Source: an uncultured Prevotellaceae bacterium
GTDB taxonomy: Bacteria > Bacteroidota > Bacteroidia > Bacteroidales > Bacteroidaceae
Direction: 5' to 3'
Assembly (NCBI GenBank): GCA_902780025.1
Contig: CACZDV010000009.1
Coordinates: 1,939 to 65,938, forward strand
Length of the DNA: 64,000 bases
A program made the position numbers and the translations under genes. Under the pieces are notes generated by a model. The model saw only the letters and a program-made list of their open reading frames with translations, made no database searches and had not been told where the DNA came from. Position 1 is the first letter of the stretch. The number at the start of each line of letters is the position of its first letter. This document shows positions 28,617 through 38,298 of this stretch, one piece after another.

Positions 28617-31600
28617 TTAGAACGTTACCTGAATACCACCCATGATAGTACGTGTGGGTGAGTAGGTGTTCAGCATTTCGTTACCCTCGTAGCTGTAGCG
28701 CGGGTCAAGACCCTTGCGGGCACTCCAGAAGGTAAGGTTCTCACCAGTGCAGTATACACGTACCTTATCAAGATAAATCTTGCTGACCAGCTCCTTCGGC
28801 AGGGTATAACCTACAGAGAACGACTGGAAGTTCAGGTATTTAGCGCTGGTGAGCCAGCGGTCGGAAGAGTAGTTTGTATAAGCATCGCCATACTGCATAC
28901 GGGGAACGTCGGTGGCGGTGTTCGTCGGAGTCCATGCCTTCAGGGCATCTACGTGGATGGCCGAGCCTGCATCACCACTGTTGTACCAGTTACCCATAAG
29001 CTGCATATAGTGATAGTCCCAAACCTTACCGCCGAGCTGGTAGTCGAAGTTGACTGATACATCGAAGCCGTAGGCTGTGAGTGTAGTACCGAAACCACCG
29101 GTAGCAGTGGGAAGCATGGATTTCTGCGTATAACGTGAAGCTTCGCCAATCTTGTTGGTAGTACCACTGCGCTTTGTACCAGGCTTAGCAGTGTTGTTGG
29201 TAGCCTGACCACCAGCAGGTGACAAGTCTTCGTCGTAATAATAGAGTGCCTCACCAGTCTCCGGATCAACACCGGCATAGCTGTAGAGGAACGGCTGATA
29301 GAGCTCGCCATCCTCTTCGTACCAACGCTGGATGTTGTTACCCGTCTCGGCGAAACCGCCATTCAGCTTAATCTTCGACTCGGGCAACTTCAGGATCTTT
29401 GTCTTGTTGTGAGCAATGTTGGCCCAGACGTTCCAAGTGATGTCCTTGGTACGGATAATGTCACCAGAGAGAGCAAGCTCAATACCGCTGTTGCGGACGT
29501 CGCCCATGTTACCCCAGTAGCCGCGTACACCGTTAGACTCAGGAATTGAGAGCCATGCCAGCAGGTCGGTAATCTTGTTGGAGTAAACATCGATGCTACC
29601 CGTCAGACGGCGATTCAGGAATGCGAATTCAAGACCGATGTTGAAGGCTGTCGTAGTCTCCCAAGTGATGTCGGTGTTACCAATACCCGAGAATGAGGGA
29701 GCCATGTTGGTCTTGCTGGCACGCGACAGAGAGTAACGCTCTGCAAAGTACCAAGAACTGTTCAGACCGTCGTTACCCTTCTGTCCGATAGAAACCTTCA
29801 ACTTCAGTTCGTCGAGCCAAGACTTGGTGCTGCTCATGAAGTCTTCCTTGGAGATGAGCCAGGCAGCGCCTGCTGACCAGAACGTACCCCAGCGATGATC
29901 CTTGTCGAAGCGGCTGGATGCGTCGCGACGCAGAGAGAAGTCGGCAAAGTACTTTTCTTCGTAATTGTAGAGTGCACGACCGAACCAACCCTCGACGTTG
30001 TAGGCAGAGGTGTAAGAGTTAGACGTGTACTGGTTGTTGGCGGCAGCAGCAATTTCCTGAATGTCTGCCGAGAACAAGCCCTGAGCAGCAGCCGACAGAT
30101 AAGTAGTCTTAGCCTTGTACCACTCGTGACCCAGCGTGACACCTACGTTGTGGGGGCCGAAGCTGTGGTTATAAATCAGCGTCTGCAGGTGGTTCTGGCT
30201 CACATAGTCGTTCTGGCTCTTGTCAATCTGTCCGTTCACAGTTACCTTCGGACCATAGAGCGATGTCTCATAGTCAGAGAAGTTAGAATGACGCCAGTAG
30301 AGGGTACTGGTGTGCGTGAACTTCAGGTCTTCGGTCAGCTTAAACTCTGCATAGCCATTGCCCTGCAACTGCATGCCACGGCTGACAACCTTGTTGTAGT
30401 GGTTTGAGCCAAGCGGATTACCAGTCTGCAGGAATGCACGTGCGACAGGATAGTCCAGACCCGGACGACCGTAGTCGTAGTGAGGATTGCCGTAAGCATC
30501 GGTATGAATTGTGGGCTGGCCTGTAGCGGGGTCAATGACGCGCACATAGATAGGATAAATAGGTGCAATCATCGTAGCATAGTAGTTCAGGTTGGTAGAG
30601 CCGAGCTGCGATGCGTCAAGATTCGGGTTTGAAGTAGTCTTGCTGTTGACGTAGCCGATGTTGGCACCAACGCGCAACCATGACTTCACATCGTAGTTGG
30701 TCTTCAGACGGGTGGTGAAGCGACGATAGCCAGAGTTGTCGATGATACCGTCCTCGTCCAGATAACCAGCGCTCAGATAGAAGTCGCCACGGTCGTTACC
30801 ACCGCTCACGTTGAAGTCGTACTCCTGACGGAATGCTGTGTGATAAGTCTCGTCAAGCCAGTTGTCAGGCTGATAGTAGTAGCCGTTAGCGTCAGTATAA
30901 CCCAACTTGGCATTGGGGTTCAGCTTACCGTCCACGCCGATGAGCTTTTCACCATCAGGAATGGTGAATACCTGATAACCCAGGAAGCGCAGCATATTTG
31001 AGTTGGCCGAAGCGTTATACTGCTCGGGGGTACGGCCGATGCTTGCAAAGTAGTTAGCCATATTCTGATAGGCATACTCGTAATACTGGCCGGGATCGTT
31101 AACCGTCTCATAATCTTGGATGGCACGGCTGTTGGCACCCCAACGCATGTTTACGTTTACCTTCGGAGCGCTCTTGTCACCCTTCTTGGTAGTGATGATA
31201 ATCACACCTGCGGCACCACGGGCACCGTACAGAGCGGCAGAGGCAGCATCCTTCAGCACGGAGATGCTCTCAATATCGTCCTGCGAAATGTTTGACAGCG
31301 AGCCGCTGAACGGGGCACCGTCAACAACAATCAGAGGATCGGTAGAGGCATAGAGTGATGCGATACCACGAATGTTAATCTCACCCTGCTCGGCACCAGG
31401 AGCACCTGAGCCGCCACGAATCTGCAGACCGCTGACAGAGCCCACCAGGGCATTGGCAACGTTGGTTGTCACGTGCTGGTCCAGTTTCTCCGGACCCACA
31501 ACTGCAGCCGAACCGGTGAAGGCCGACTTCTTGGCCGTACCATAGGCCACGACAATCACTTCGTCCACCATCTTGGAGTCGGGCTTCAGGAATACGCGCA

Positions 31601-31865
31601 TGCCATTCTTGGCCTGCAGCGTCTGTGACTCATAGCCTACATACGATACCGTAATCTGCGATGAGCCGGCAGGTAAGGTCAGCGAGAAGCGACCGTTTAC
31701 GTCGGTCAGCATGCCAACCTGCTTACCCACAATCTTGATGGCTGCACCGATAATCGGCTGACCGTCTTCCTGTGAGAGCACGGTTCCGTTGACCTGTGTC
31801 TGTGCAAACGCTCCACTCACACAGAGCAGGAGGCCTGCCAAAAACATTGTTAGTCTTTTTTTCAT
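28617..31865 (-). CDS. susC: SusC/RagA TonB-dependent transporter (copy 1)
   Basis: Start at MKKRLTMF; LKDAASAALYGARGAAGVI, ITWETT, C-terminal F. Confidence 0.95.
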   Translation of the reverse strand: MKKRLTMFLAGLLLCVSGAFAQTQVNGTVLSQEDGQPIIGAAIKIVGKQVGMLTDVNGRFSLTLPAGSSQITVSYVGYESQTLQAKNGMRVFLKPDSKMVDEVIVVAYGTAKKSAFTGSAAVVGPEKLDQHVTTNVANALVGSVSGLQIRGGSGAPGAEQGEINIRGIASLYASTDPLIVVDGAPFSGSLSNISQDDIESISVLKDAASAALYGARGAAGVIIITTKKGDKSAPKVNVNMRWGANSRAIQDYETVNDPGQYYEYAYQNMANYFASIGRTPEQYNASANSNMLRFLGYQVFTIPDGEKLIGVDGKLNPNAKLGYTDANGYYYQPDNWLDETYHTAFRQEYDFNVSGGNDRGDFYLSAGYLDEDGIIDNSGYRRFTTRLKTNYDVKSWLRVGANIGYVNSKTTSNPNLDASQLGSTNLNYYATMIAPIYPIYVRVIDPATGQPTIHTDAYGNPHYDYGRPGLDYPVARAFLQTGNPLGSNHYNKVVSRGMQLQGNGYAEFKLTEDLKFTHTSTLYWRHSNFSDYETSLYGPKVTVNGQIDKSQNDYVSQNHLQTLIYNHSFGPHNVGVTLGHEWYKAKTTYLSAAAQGLFSADIQEIAAAANNQYTSNSYTSAYNVEGWFGRALYNYEEKYFADFSLRRDASSRFDKDHRWGTFWSAGAAWLISKEDFMSSTKSWLDELKLKVSIGQKGNDGLNSSWYFAERYSLSRASKTNMAPSFSGIGNTDITWETTTAFNIGLEFAFLNRRLTGSIDVYSNKITDLLAWLSIPESNGVRGYWGNMGDVRNSGIELALSGDIIRTKDITWNVWANIAHNKTKILKLPESKIKLNGGFAETGNNIQRWYEEDGELYQPFLYSYAGVDPETGEALYYYDEDLSPAGGQATNNTAKPGTKRSGTTNKIGEASRYTQKSMLPTATGGFGTTLTAYGFDVSVNFDYQLGGKVWDYHYMQLMGNWYNSGDAGSAIHVDALKAWTPTNTATDVPRMQYGDAYTNYSSDRWLTSAKYLNFQSFSVGYTLPKELVSKIYLDKVRVYCTGENLTFWSARKGLDPRYSYEGNEMLNTYSPTRTIMGGIQVTF

Positions 31866-31939
31866 AATCTCTCTCGTTTTTTGTTTGTTTATAATTAGAA
31901 AGTTAATTGTTCCTCTCTCTCGTACATCATTTTTATAGC

Positions 31940-31959
31940 CCACCTCCGCGCCGGAGGTG
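31940..31959. repeat. Left inverted-repeat site (palindrome CACCTCCG-CGC-CGGAGGTG)
   Basis: 31940-31956 is the exact reverse complement of 33152-33168. Confidence 0.85.
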
Positions 31960-32022
31960 TAAAAGAAATGAGTCGCCACAATAAACAATACAAATAAACG
32001 TGTATAACAAAAAGCAACGATT

Positions 32023-33003
32023 ATGATTACTATCAGTATCCGCTTCAAATTCAGTGTCAGAATCTACCATTCTGACAAATCTCCCCAAAAGGTCTGCCAC
32101 AAATCCTCTTCGGTTCCTAACCTGATACAGACGGTCAAGTCAGAGATGGAGAAACAAAATGAGACTACCAGCCGTTCCACGCAAGCTAACTACCAGACGG
32201 CCATCAATTCATTGCAACAGTTTCTTGGCACTGACGTACCGGTTAACCATTTGAATGCAGACCTCATCCGAGGCTATGAGAAGTGGTTGCGAGATCGTCA
32301 CATTAACCCCAATACCATTTCATGTTATATGCGATCGCTTCGTTCCCTGTTAGTAAAAGCATTACGGTCATACGATATCCATGTAGAACAAACCTTTAGA
32401 AACGTATTCACAGGTCGGACAGTTACCAGCAAACGATCATTGGAACCAGCTGTCATTAACAAACTGAAGAATGCGGTGTTGACCACGAACACCTCTTTGC
32501 AATTGACTCGCGACATTTTCCTTTTCTGTTTCTATGCGTTGGGGATGCCGTTCGTAGATATTGCTTTTCTGCGCCGCCAACAGGTTTCTGACGGTCAGAT
32601 CATATATTATCGTCACAAAACAGGTACACGGATTGTCGTACCGCTGCAACCTTGTATGCAGGAGATCATCAACCGCTATGCTTCTTCCGATAGCGAATAC
32701 GTCTTCCCGCTGCTGTCATCGGTTGACCCAACAGAAGCTTATGACCAGTATCTTACGCAGCTTAACTGGTACAATCGCTCTTTGAAACGATTGGCAAAGG
32801 CAACAGGCATCAACGAGAAACTAACCAGCTATCATGCACGGCACTCTTGGGCGACCTCTGCTTATCATTCAAACGTAGAACTGCCAGTCATTTCACGGGC
32901 TTTGGGACACAGAAGCCCTCAGACGACGCTGACCTACATACGCGAAATAGACGACAATCGATTGGAAGAAGCGACCCGTCAAGTTGTCAATTTGTTATAT
33001 TGA
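32023..33003 (+). CDS. Tyrosine recombinase/site-specific integrase (SAM-like plus catalytic domain)
   Basis: NTISCYMRSLR, GMPFVDI, YRHKT, YHARHSWAT, LGH, TLTY. Confidence 0.93.
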   Translation: MITISIRFKFSVRIYHSDKSPQKVCHKSSSVPNLIQTVKSEMEKQNETTSRSTQANYQTAINSLQQFLGTDVPVNHLNADLIRGYEKWLRDRHINPNTISCYMRSLRSLLVKALRSYDIHVEQTFRNVFTGRTVTSKRSLEPAVINKLKNAVLTTNTSLQLTRDIFLFCFYALGMPFVDIAFLRRQQVSDGQIIYYRHKTGTRIVVPLQPCMQEIINRYASSDSEYVFPLLSSVDPTEAYDQYLTQLNWYNRSLKRLAKATGINEKLTSYHARHSWATSAYHSNVELPVISRALGHRSPQTTLTYIREIDDNRLEEATRQVVNLLY

Positions 33004-33116
33004 ACAAAAGTATCATAAAAAACGCGAAAGTTGGTCAAAATGCCCTCTTTTGTTAATTTCTTGGAGCAAAATGTGTTTTTTTTATAATTTTATTCGTTTT
33101 TTTGAAACTTATGTAT

Positions 33117-33124
33117 TATTTTTG
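33117..33124 (+). promoter_or_regulatory. -7 box driving susC copy 2
   Basis: TATTTTTG followed by CA in AT-rich DNA, about 28 nt upstream of the right inverted-repeat site; no canonically spaced -33 box. Confidence 0.65.
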
Positions 33125-33151
33125 CACGTTGAAAGGGACAGGAATAGCTAT

Positions 33152-33168
33152 CTCCGGCGCGGAGGTGG
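33152..33168. repeat. Right inverted-repeat site CTCCGGCGCGGAGGTGG
   Basis: Homology between the two susC leaders starts exactly here. Confidence 0.85.
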
Positions 33169-33245
33169 ACTATATAAATAATGTACGCGCGAAAGGAACA
33201 ATTGATATTCTAATTTATAAACAAAACAAAAAAACGAGAGAGATT

Positions 33246-36200
33246 ATGAAAAAAAGACTAACATTGTTTTTGGCAAGTCTTTTCCTGTTCATGGGTGAAG
33301 CACTTGCACAGACACAGGTCAACGGAACCGTGCTCTCACAGGAAGACGGCGAACCGATTATCGGTGCAGCTATCCGAATTGTGGGCAAGCAGGTCGGTAT
33401 GTTGACTGATGCTAACGGTCGTTTCTCGCTGACCATGCCAAGTGGCTCTACGCAGATTACGGTATCGTATGTAGGCTATGAGACACAGACGCTGCAGGCC
33501 AAGAACGGCATGCGCATTTTCATGAAGCCCGACTCCAAGATGGTGGACGAGGTGATTGTGGTGGCTTTCGGTACGACGAAGAAGTCGGCTTTCACCGGTT
33601 CGGCCACTGTGCTGAACACGGAGGAACTGTCAAAGAAGACCGCTGCCAACGTGGCTAACGCCCTGGTCGGTTCTGTCCCCGGCATGCAGATGACGGGTAT
33701 GAGCGGTGCTCCTGGTGCTGACAACGGTGCCATGTATATCCGTGGTCTGACGTCGCTTGAGTCATCGCTCGACCCGCTGATTATCGTCGACGGTGCACCT
33801 TACTACGCCAGCCTGACCAACATCTCGACGGACGATATTGAGAGCGTGACCGTGCTGAAGGACGCTGCCTCTGCAGCTCTGTACGGTGCTGCCGGTGCTG
33901 CCGGTGTCATCCTCATTACCACCAAGAAGGGTAATACTGAGGAGGCCGTTGTCAACGTCGACATGAAGTGGGGTGCCAACACCCGCGCCATTCAGGACTA
34001 TGACCGCATCACTGACCCCGCAGAGTACTACGAGGCTTACTACACGATGATGAACAACTACTACCGTAACCAGGGCCAGGACGCCGTGGCTGCCAACGCC
34101 AATGCCAACAGCACGATGCTGAGCCGTCTGGGTTACAATGTGTTCACCGTGCCCGAAGGTCAGTACCTCATCGGTCTTAATGGCAAGATGAACCCCAACG
34201 CCAAGCTGGGCCGCAACATCGAGACTCCCGGTGAGACCTACTACATGACCGCTGACGACTGGACTGACGCTGCCTACAAGACGGCGCTGCGTCAGGAGTA
34301 CACGGTCAACGTCAGTGCCGGTAACACCAAGAGTTCGTTCTTCGCCAGTGCCGGTTGGCTCGACGAGGACGGTATCATTGACCACTCTGGCTACAAGCGC
34401 TTCACCTCTCGCCTGAAGGCTGACTATCAGGCCAAGAAGTGGCTGCGTCTGGGTGCCAACATTGGCTATACCCGTGGCGAGCAGGAGAGCAACCCCAACA
34501 TGGACACCACATGGGGCGCTACCAACCTGATGTACACCACGAGCTACATTGCTCCTATTTATCCTATCTACGTCCGTGTCCTCGACCCGAATACGGGTAG
34601 GCCTGTCGTCCGTACCGATGAGTACGGCCACCAGCAGTACGACTACGGTACGCAGTACCCCAACACTCCTGTCCGTGGCTTCATGGCCAGCAGTAACCCC
34701 CTCGGTTCTAATAACTATAATGTGGATGAGGGTATCAGCAACCAGCTCAACATGACTTGGACGGGTGACATTATCTTCACTGACTATCTGAAGTTCACGT
34801 CGACCAACAACCTGAACATGGGTCAGAGCATTTATACCCATTACGAGAACCCGTTCGAGGGCCCGACAAAGGCCGACCACGGTTCTCTGACCAAGTTCCA
34901 GCAGAACAACTTCCGTCAGGACTACGTCCAGATGCTGAACTTCCACAAGCTCTTCGGTAAGCACGACATTCAGGTGATGGCTGGTCACGAGTGGAACAAG
35001 ACCACCACCAAGCGTCTGACGGCTTACGCACGTAACGGCTTCTCGACTGAGGTTCATGAGGTCAACAACTTCGGCGACCGCTACGACTCTGGTTCTTACA
35101 CCGTTGAGTTCAACCGTGAGGGTTGGCTCGGCAGTGCCATGTATAACTACGACGAGAAGTACTTCGGTCAGATTTCTTATCGCCGTGACGCTTCTTCTGC
35201 TTTCGCCAAGGATCACCGTTGGGGTGACTTCTGGAGCGTCGGTGCAGCATGGATGATTTCCAAGGAGGAATTCATGGAGAGCACTAAGGACTGGCTCGAC
35301 CAGTTGAAGCTTAAGGTGAGCCTTGGACAGCAGGGTAACGACGGTCTGAACTTCTATTGGAACTGGACCAACATCTATTCTCTGAGCCGTTCAGGTAACG
35401 ACATCGTGCCTTCGTTCTCACGTCTTGGCAATCCTGAGATTACCTGGGAGACGACCACCAACCTCAACATCGGTCTGGAGTTCAGCCTCTTGAAGGGACG
35501 CCTCAGCGGTAGCTTCGACTTCTACAACAAGAAGACCAGCGACCTGCTCTTCTGGCTCAACGTACCTGAGAGCTTCGGTGTACGCGGTTACTACGACAAC
35601 ATCGGCGACATCCGCAACCGTGGTGTTGAGCTCACCCTGTCTGCCGACATTATCCGCACGAACAACTTCTCATGGAACGTCAGCCTCAACGCCTCACACA
35701 ACAGCACCAAGATTCTGGAACTTCCCGAGTCGAAGACGCGTCAGAACGGCGGTTACGCTGCTACCTCTAATTTCGGCGACCTCTACAGCTGGTTTGCTGA
35801 GGGCGAGCCTATGCAGAATGCCTTCCTCTATGACTACGCAGGTATCTACACGGAGGAAACTTGGCAGAAGACCCTTGATACCGAGTATGACCCGAAGAAG
35901 GCCGGTTTGGCTATGTACTGGGGCGACAAGTCGCTGTGGGTAACCGAGCAGGTGGAGCAGGAGGACGGTACCATTACTGAAGAGTTCAAGTCAATGAACA
36001 CTTCAAAGCCCGGTACTAACCGTGACTACGCCACCACCGTCAGCTCTAATGCTTCGCGTTATGCTATGGGCAGCACCCTGCCTAAGCTTAACGGTGGTTT
36101 CGCTACTTCTATCCGCGTCTATGACTTCGATGCCAGCGCAACCTTCGATTATCAGCTCGGCGGTAAGATTATCGACTACGGCTACCGTGTGCTGATGGGC

Positions 36201-36575
36201 CCGGAGAGCGGCTCAAGCGTCAGCGCCCGTACCTTCCACCGCGACATTCTCAACGCCTGGACTTTGGAGAATCAGAATACTGATATTCCCCGCTTCCAGT
36301 ATGGTGACGATTACACTACACTTGCTTCTACACGCTTCCTGACCAGCGCTCGCTACCTGAACTTCCAGAGCTTCTCAGTAGGTTACACCCTGCCGAAGGC
36401 CATCACTCAGAAGTTCTACGTCGACAAGCTGCGCGTCTATGTCCAGGGACAGAACCTCTGCTTCTGGAGCGTACGCAAGGGTCTTGACCCCCGCTACAGC
36501 TTCGGTTCTACAGCTGATACCAACGTTTACTCTCCGGTACGTACCATCTCCGGTGGTGTGCAGATTACGCTCTAA
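33246..36575 (+). CDS. susC: SusC/RagA TonB-dependent transporter (copy 2)
   Basis: Start at MKKRLTLF; N-terminus nearly identical to copy 1; NPEITWETT. Confidence 0.95.
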   Translation: MKKRLTLFLASLFLFMGEALAQTQVNGTVLSQEDGEPIIGAAIRIVGKQVGMLTDANGRFSLTMPSGSTQITVSYVGYETQTLQAKNGMRIFMKPDSKMVDEVIVVAFGTTKKSAFTGSATVLNTEELSKKTAANVANALVGSVPGMQMTGMSGAPGADNGAMYIRGLTSLESSLDPLIIVDGAPYYASLTNISTDDIESVTVLKDAASAALYGAAGAAGVILITTKKGNTEEAVVNVDMKWGANTRAIQDYDRITDPAEYYEAYYTMMNNYYRNQGQDAVAANANANSTMLSRLGYNVFTVPEGQYLIGLNGKMNPNAKLGRNIETPGETYYMTADDWTDAAYKTALRQEYTVNVSAGNTKSSFFASAGWLDEDGIIDHSGYKRFTSRLKADYQAKKWLRLGANIGYTRGEQESNPNMDTTWGATNLMYTTSYIAPIYPIYVRVLDPNTGRPVVRTDEYGHQQYDYGTQYPNTPVRGFMASSNPLGSNNYNVDEGISNQLNMTWTGDIIFTDYLKFTSTNNLNMGQSIYTHYENPFEGPTKADHGSLTKFQQNNFRQDYVQMLNFHKLFGKHDIQVMAGHEWNKTTTKRLTAYARNGFSTEVHEVNNFGDRYDSGSYTVEFNREGWLGSAMYNYDEKYFGQISYRRDASSAFAKDHRWGDFWSVGAAWMISKEEFMESTKDWLDQLKLKVSLGQQGNDGLNFYWNWTNIYSLSRSGNDIVPSFSRLGNPEITWETTTNLNIGLEFSLLKGRLSGSFDFYNKKTSDLLFWLNVPESFGVRGYYDNIGDIRNRGVELTLSADIIRTNNFSWNVSLNASHNSTKILELPESKTRQNGGYAATSNFGDLYSWFAEGEPMQNAFLYDYAGIYTEETWQKTLDTEYDPKKAGLAMYWGDKSLWVTEQVEQEDGTITEEFKSMNTSKPGTNRDYATTVSSNASRYAMGSTLPKLNGGFATSIRVYDFDASATFDYQLGGKIIDYGYRVLMGPESGSSVSARTFHRDILNAWTLENQNTDIPRFQYGDDYTTLASTRFLTSARYLNFQSFSVGYTLPKAITQKFYVDKLRVYVQGQNLCFWSVRKGLDPRYSFGSTADTNVYSPVRTISGGVQITL

Positions 36576-36584
36576 CATAATATA

Positions 36585-38267
36585 ATGAAAAAGAATATGA
36601 AAAAGATATTTTTATCCGTTGTTTACATTGCGCTGGCCGCACCACTGATGACCAGCTGTATTGAGGAGATTGACCCCCAGACCAGTTACGTCACGGAGAA
36701 ACAAGCCTCTGACACACCGGGATTCTATGAGAGTTCAGTAGCGTCGCTTACCTCGAACCTCTGCGGTAAGTTCACCTATTCGGGAAGCGACACCGAACCC
36801 TACGACTTCGGTTATCCCTCGTTCTTCCTGCAGCGCGACGTCATGGGTCAGGACATGGTGGCAGCAGGTACCAACAACTGGTACTCCACATGGTATGAGG
36901 CCAGCTATGGCCTCGGCCCCACCTACGCTCGCTGCCAGGTGCCCTGGACCTACTATTACAAGTGGATTGACAACTGCAACAAGGTGCTTCTGCTCTACAA
37001 GAGCGCTCCCGAAGGCCGTGAAGAAGGTGCCGGTATTGCCTATGCCATGCGTGCCATGTTCTATCAGGACATCGTCCGTATGTTTGCTGCCAAGCCCTAT
37101 GCTTTGGATCCTGAGGCTGAGACCGTGCCGATGGTGACCGAGACCCTCACCAAGGAACAGGCTGCAGAGAATCCCCGCGCCAAGTTCAAGGATGCCTATG
37201 CACAGATTCTGTCTGACCTCGACGAGGCCGAGAAACTGCTGGCTAACTATGAGCGTGAGGATGTCTATACACCTGACCTGAGCGTCGTCTACGGCCTCAA
37301 GGCACGTGCCTACCTGGAGATTCAGGACTGGGCCAACGCCGAGAAGTACGCCAAGATGGCTCAGAAGGGTTACACCGTCATGGACGCTGCCCAGTTCCTG
37401 AGCCACGATAATGGCTTCAACAAGCCTAACGCTTCTTGGATGTTCGGTCTGACATTCCGCGATACCGACCCCAATATCACCGAAAACGACGGTGACTCAT
37501 CATGGGGTAGCATCATGATTATGGAGAACGGCTTCGAGTGCGGCTACGGTGCCAACTACGGTGGTCCGATGCTCATCGACCGTCACCTCTTCGAGACCAT
37601 TCCCGCTACGGACTTCCGCAAGAAGTGCTGGATTGACTTCGACCTTGATAATATGAATGCAGAAGATCAGGCTGTGGCTCTCTCGGAGTACACGGATCAT
37701 CCCCTCCAGATTCAGAATTCAGCTGCCAAGGCCCAGACGGGTGTCGGCGGTATGGAGCTGAAGTATCGTCCCCAGGCCGGTATGTACGACACGAAGTACA
37801 CCGCTTGGGTAGTGGCAGTGCCCCTGATGCGTGTTGAGGAGATGAAGCTCATCGAGGCTGAGGCAGCTGGTATGCAGGATCTTGCCCGTGGTCAGCAGCT
37901 GCTCACTGAGTTTGCCCAGACCCGCGACCCGAACTATATCTACGGCAAGCACCAGGATGCCTACGGCAACGAATCTACCTCGGAATTCCAGAACGAGGTG
38001 TGGTGGCAGCGCCGCGTAGAGCTGTGGGGTGAAGGCTTCTCGACCTTCGATATGAAGCGTCTGAACAAGGCCGTCATCCGCAACTACGCCAACACTAACC
38101 ATGTGAAGGGTTACAAGTGGAACTTCGAAAACCAGAAGGACGGTTGCCTCTACCCGAAGTGGATGAACCTCTGTATCGTACAGTCTGAGACCAACTACAA
38201 CTACGCTTGCACGAACAACGAGACGCCCGACGCACCGGAGGACGACTCAGAAGTGTTCACTTGGTAA
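36585..38267 (+). CDS. susD: RagB/SusD family lipoprotein (copy 2)
   Basis: Lipobox MTSC; shares PYDFGYPSFFLQRDVMGQD and AVPLMRVEEMKLIEAEAAGMQD with copy 1. Confidence 0.93.
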   Translation: MKKNMKKIFLSVVYIALAAPLMTSCIEEIDPQTSYVTEKQASDTPGFYESSVASLTSNLCGKFTYSGSDTEPYDFGYPSFFLQRDVMGQDMVAAGTNNWYSTWYEASYGLGPTYARCQVPWTYYYKWIDNCNKVLLLYKSAPEGREEGAGIAYAMRAMFYQDIVRMFAAKPYALDPEAETVPMVTETLTKEQAAENPRAKFKDAYAQILSDLDEAEKLLANYEREDVYTPDLSVVYGLKARAYLEIQDWANAEKYAKMAQKGYTVMDAAQFLSHDNGFNKPNASWMFGLTFRDTDPNITENDGDSSWGSIMIMENGFECGYGANYGGPMLIDRHLFETIPATDFRKKCWIDFDLDNMNAEDQAVALSEYTDHPLQIQNSAAKAQTGVGGMELKYRPQAGMYDTKYTAWVVAVPLMRVEEMKLIEAEAAGMQDLARGQQLLTEFAQTRDPNYIYGKHQDAYGNESTSEFQNEVWWQRRVELWGEGFSTFDMKRLNKAVIRNYANTNHVKGYKWNFENQKDGCLYPKWMNLCIVQSETNYNYACTNNETPDAPEDDSEVFTW

Positions 38268-38298
38268 GAATTTATAATCAGTAAAAAGAGATTAGTTT

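Noticed and set aside
31866-32048. N-terminal extensions of both susC ORFs sharing SGAEV
   Set aside because: These are translations of the shared inverted leader; the true signal peptides start at MKKRLT
33762-35216. 484-aa minus-strand ORF
   Set aside because: Antisense shadow of susC2 caused by codon bias
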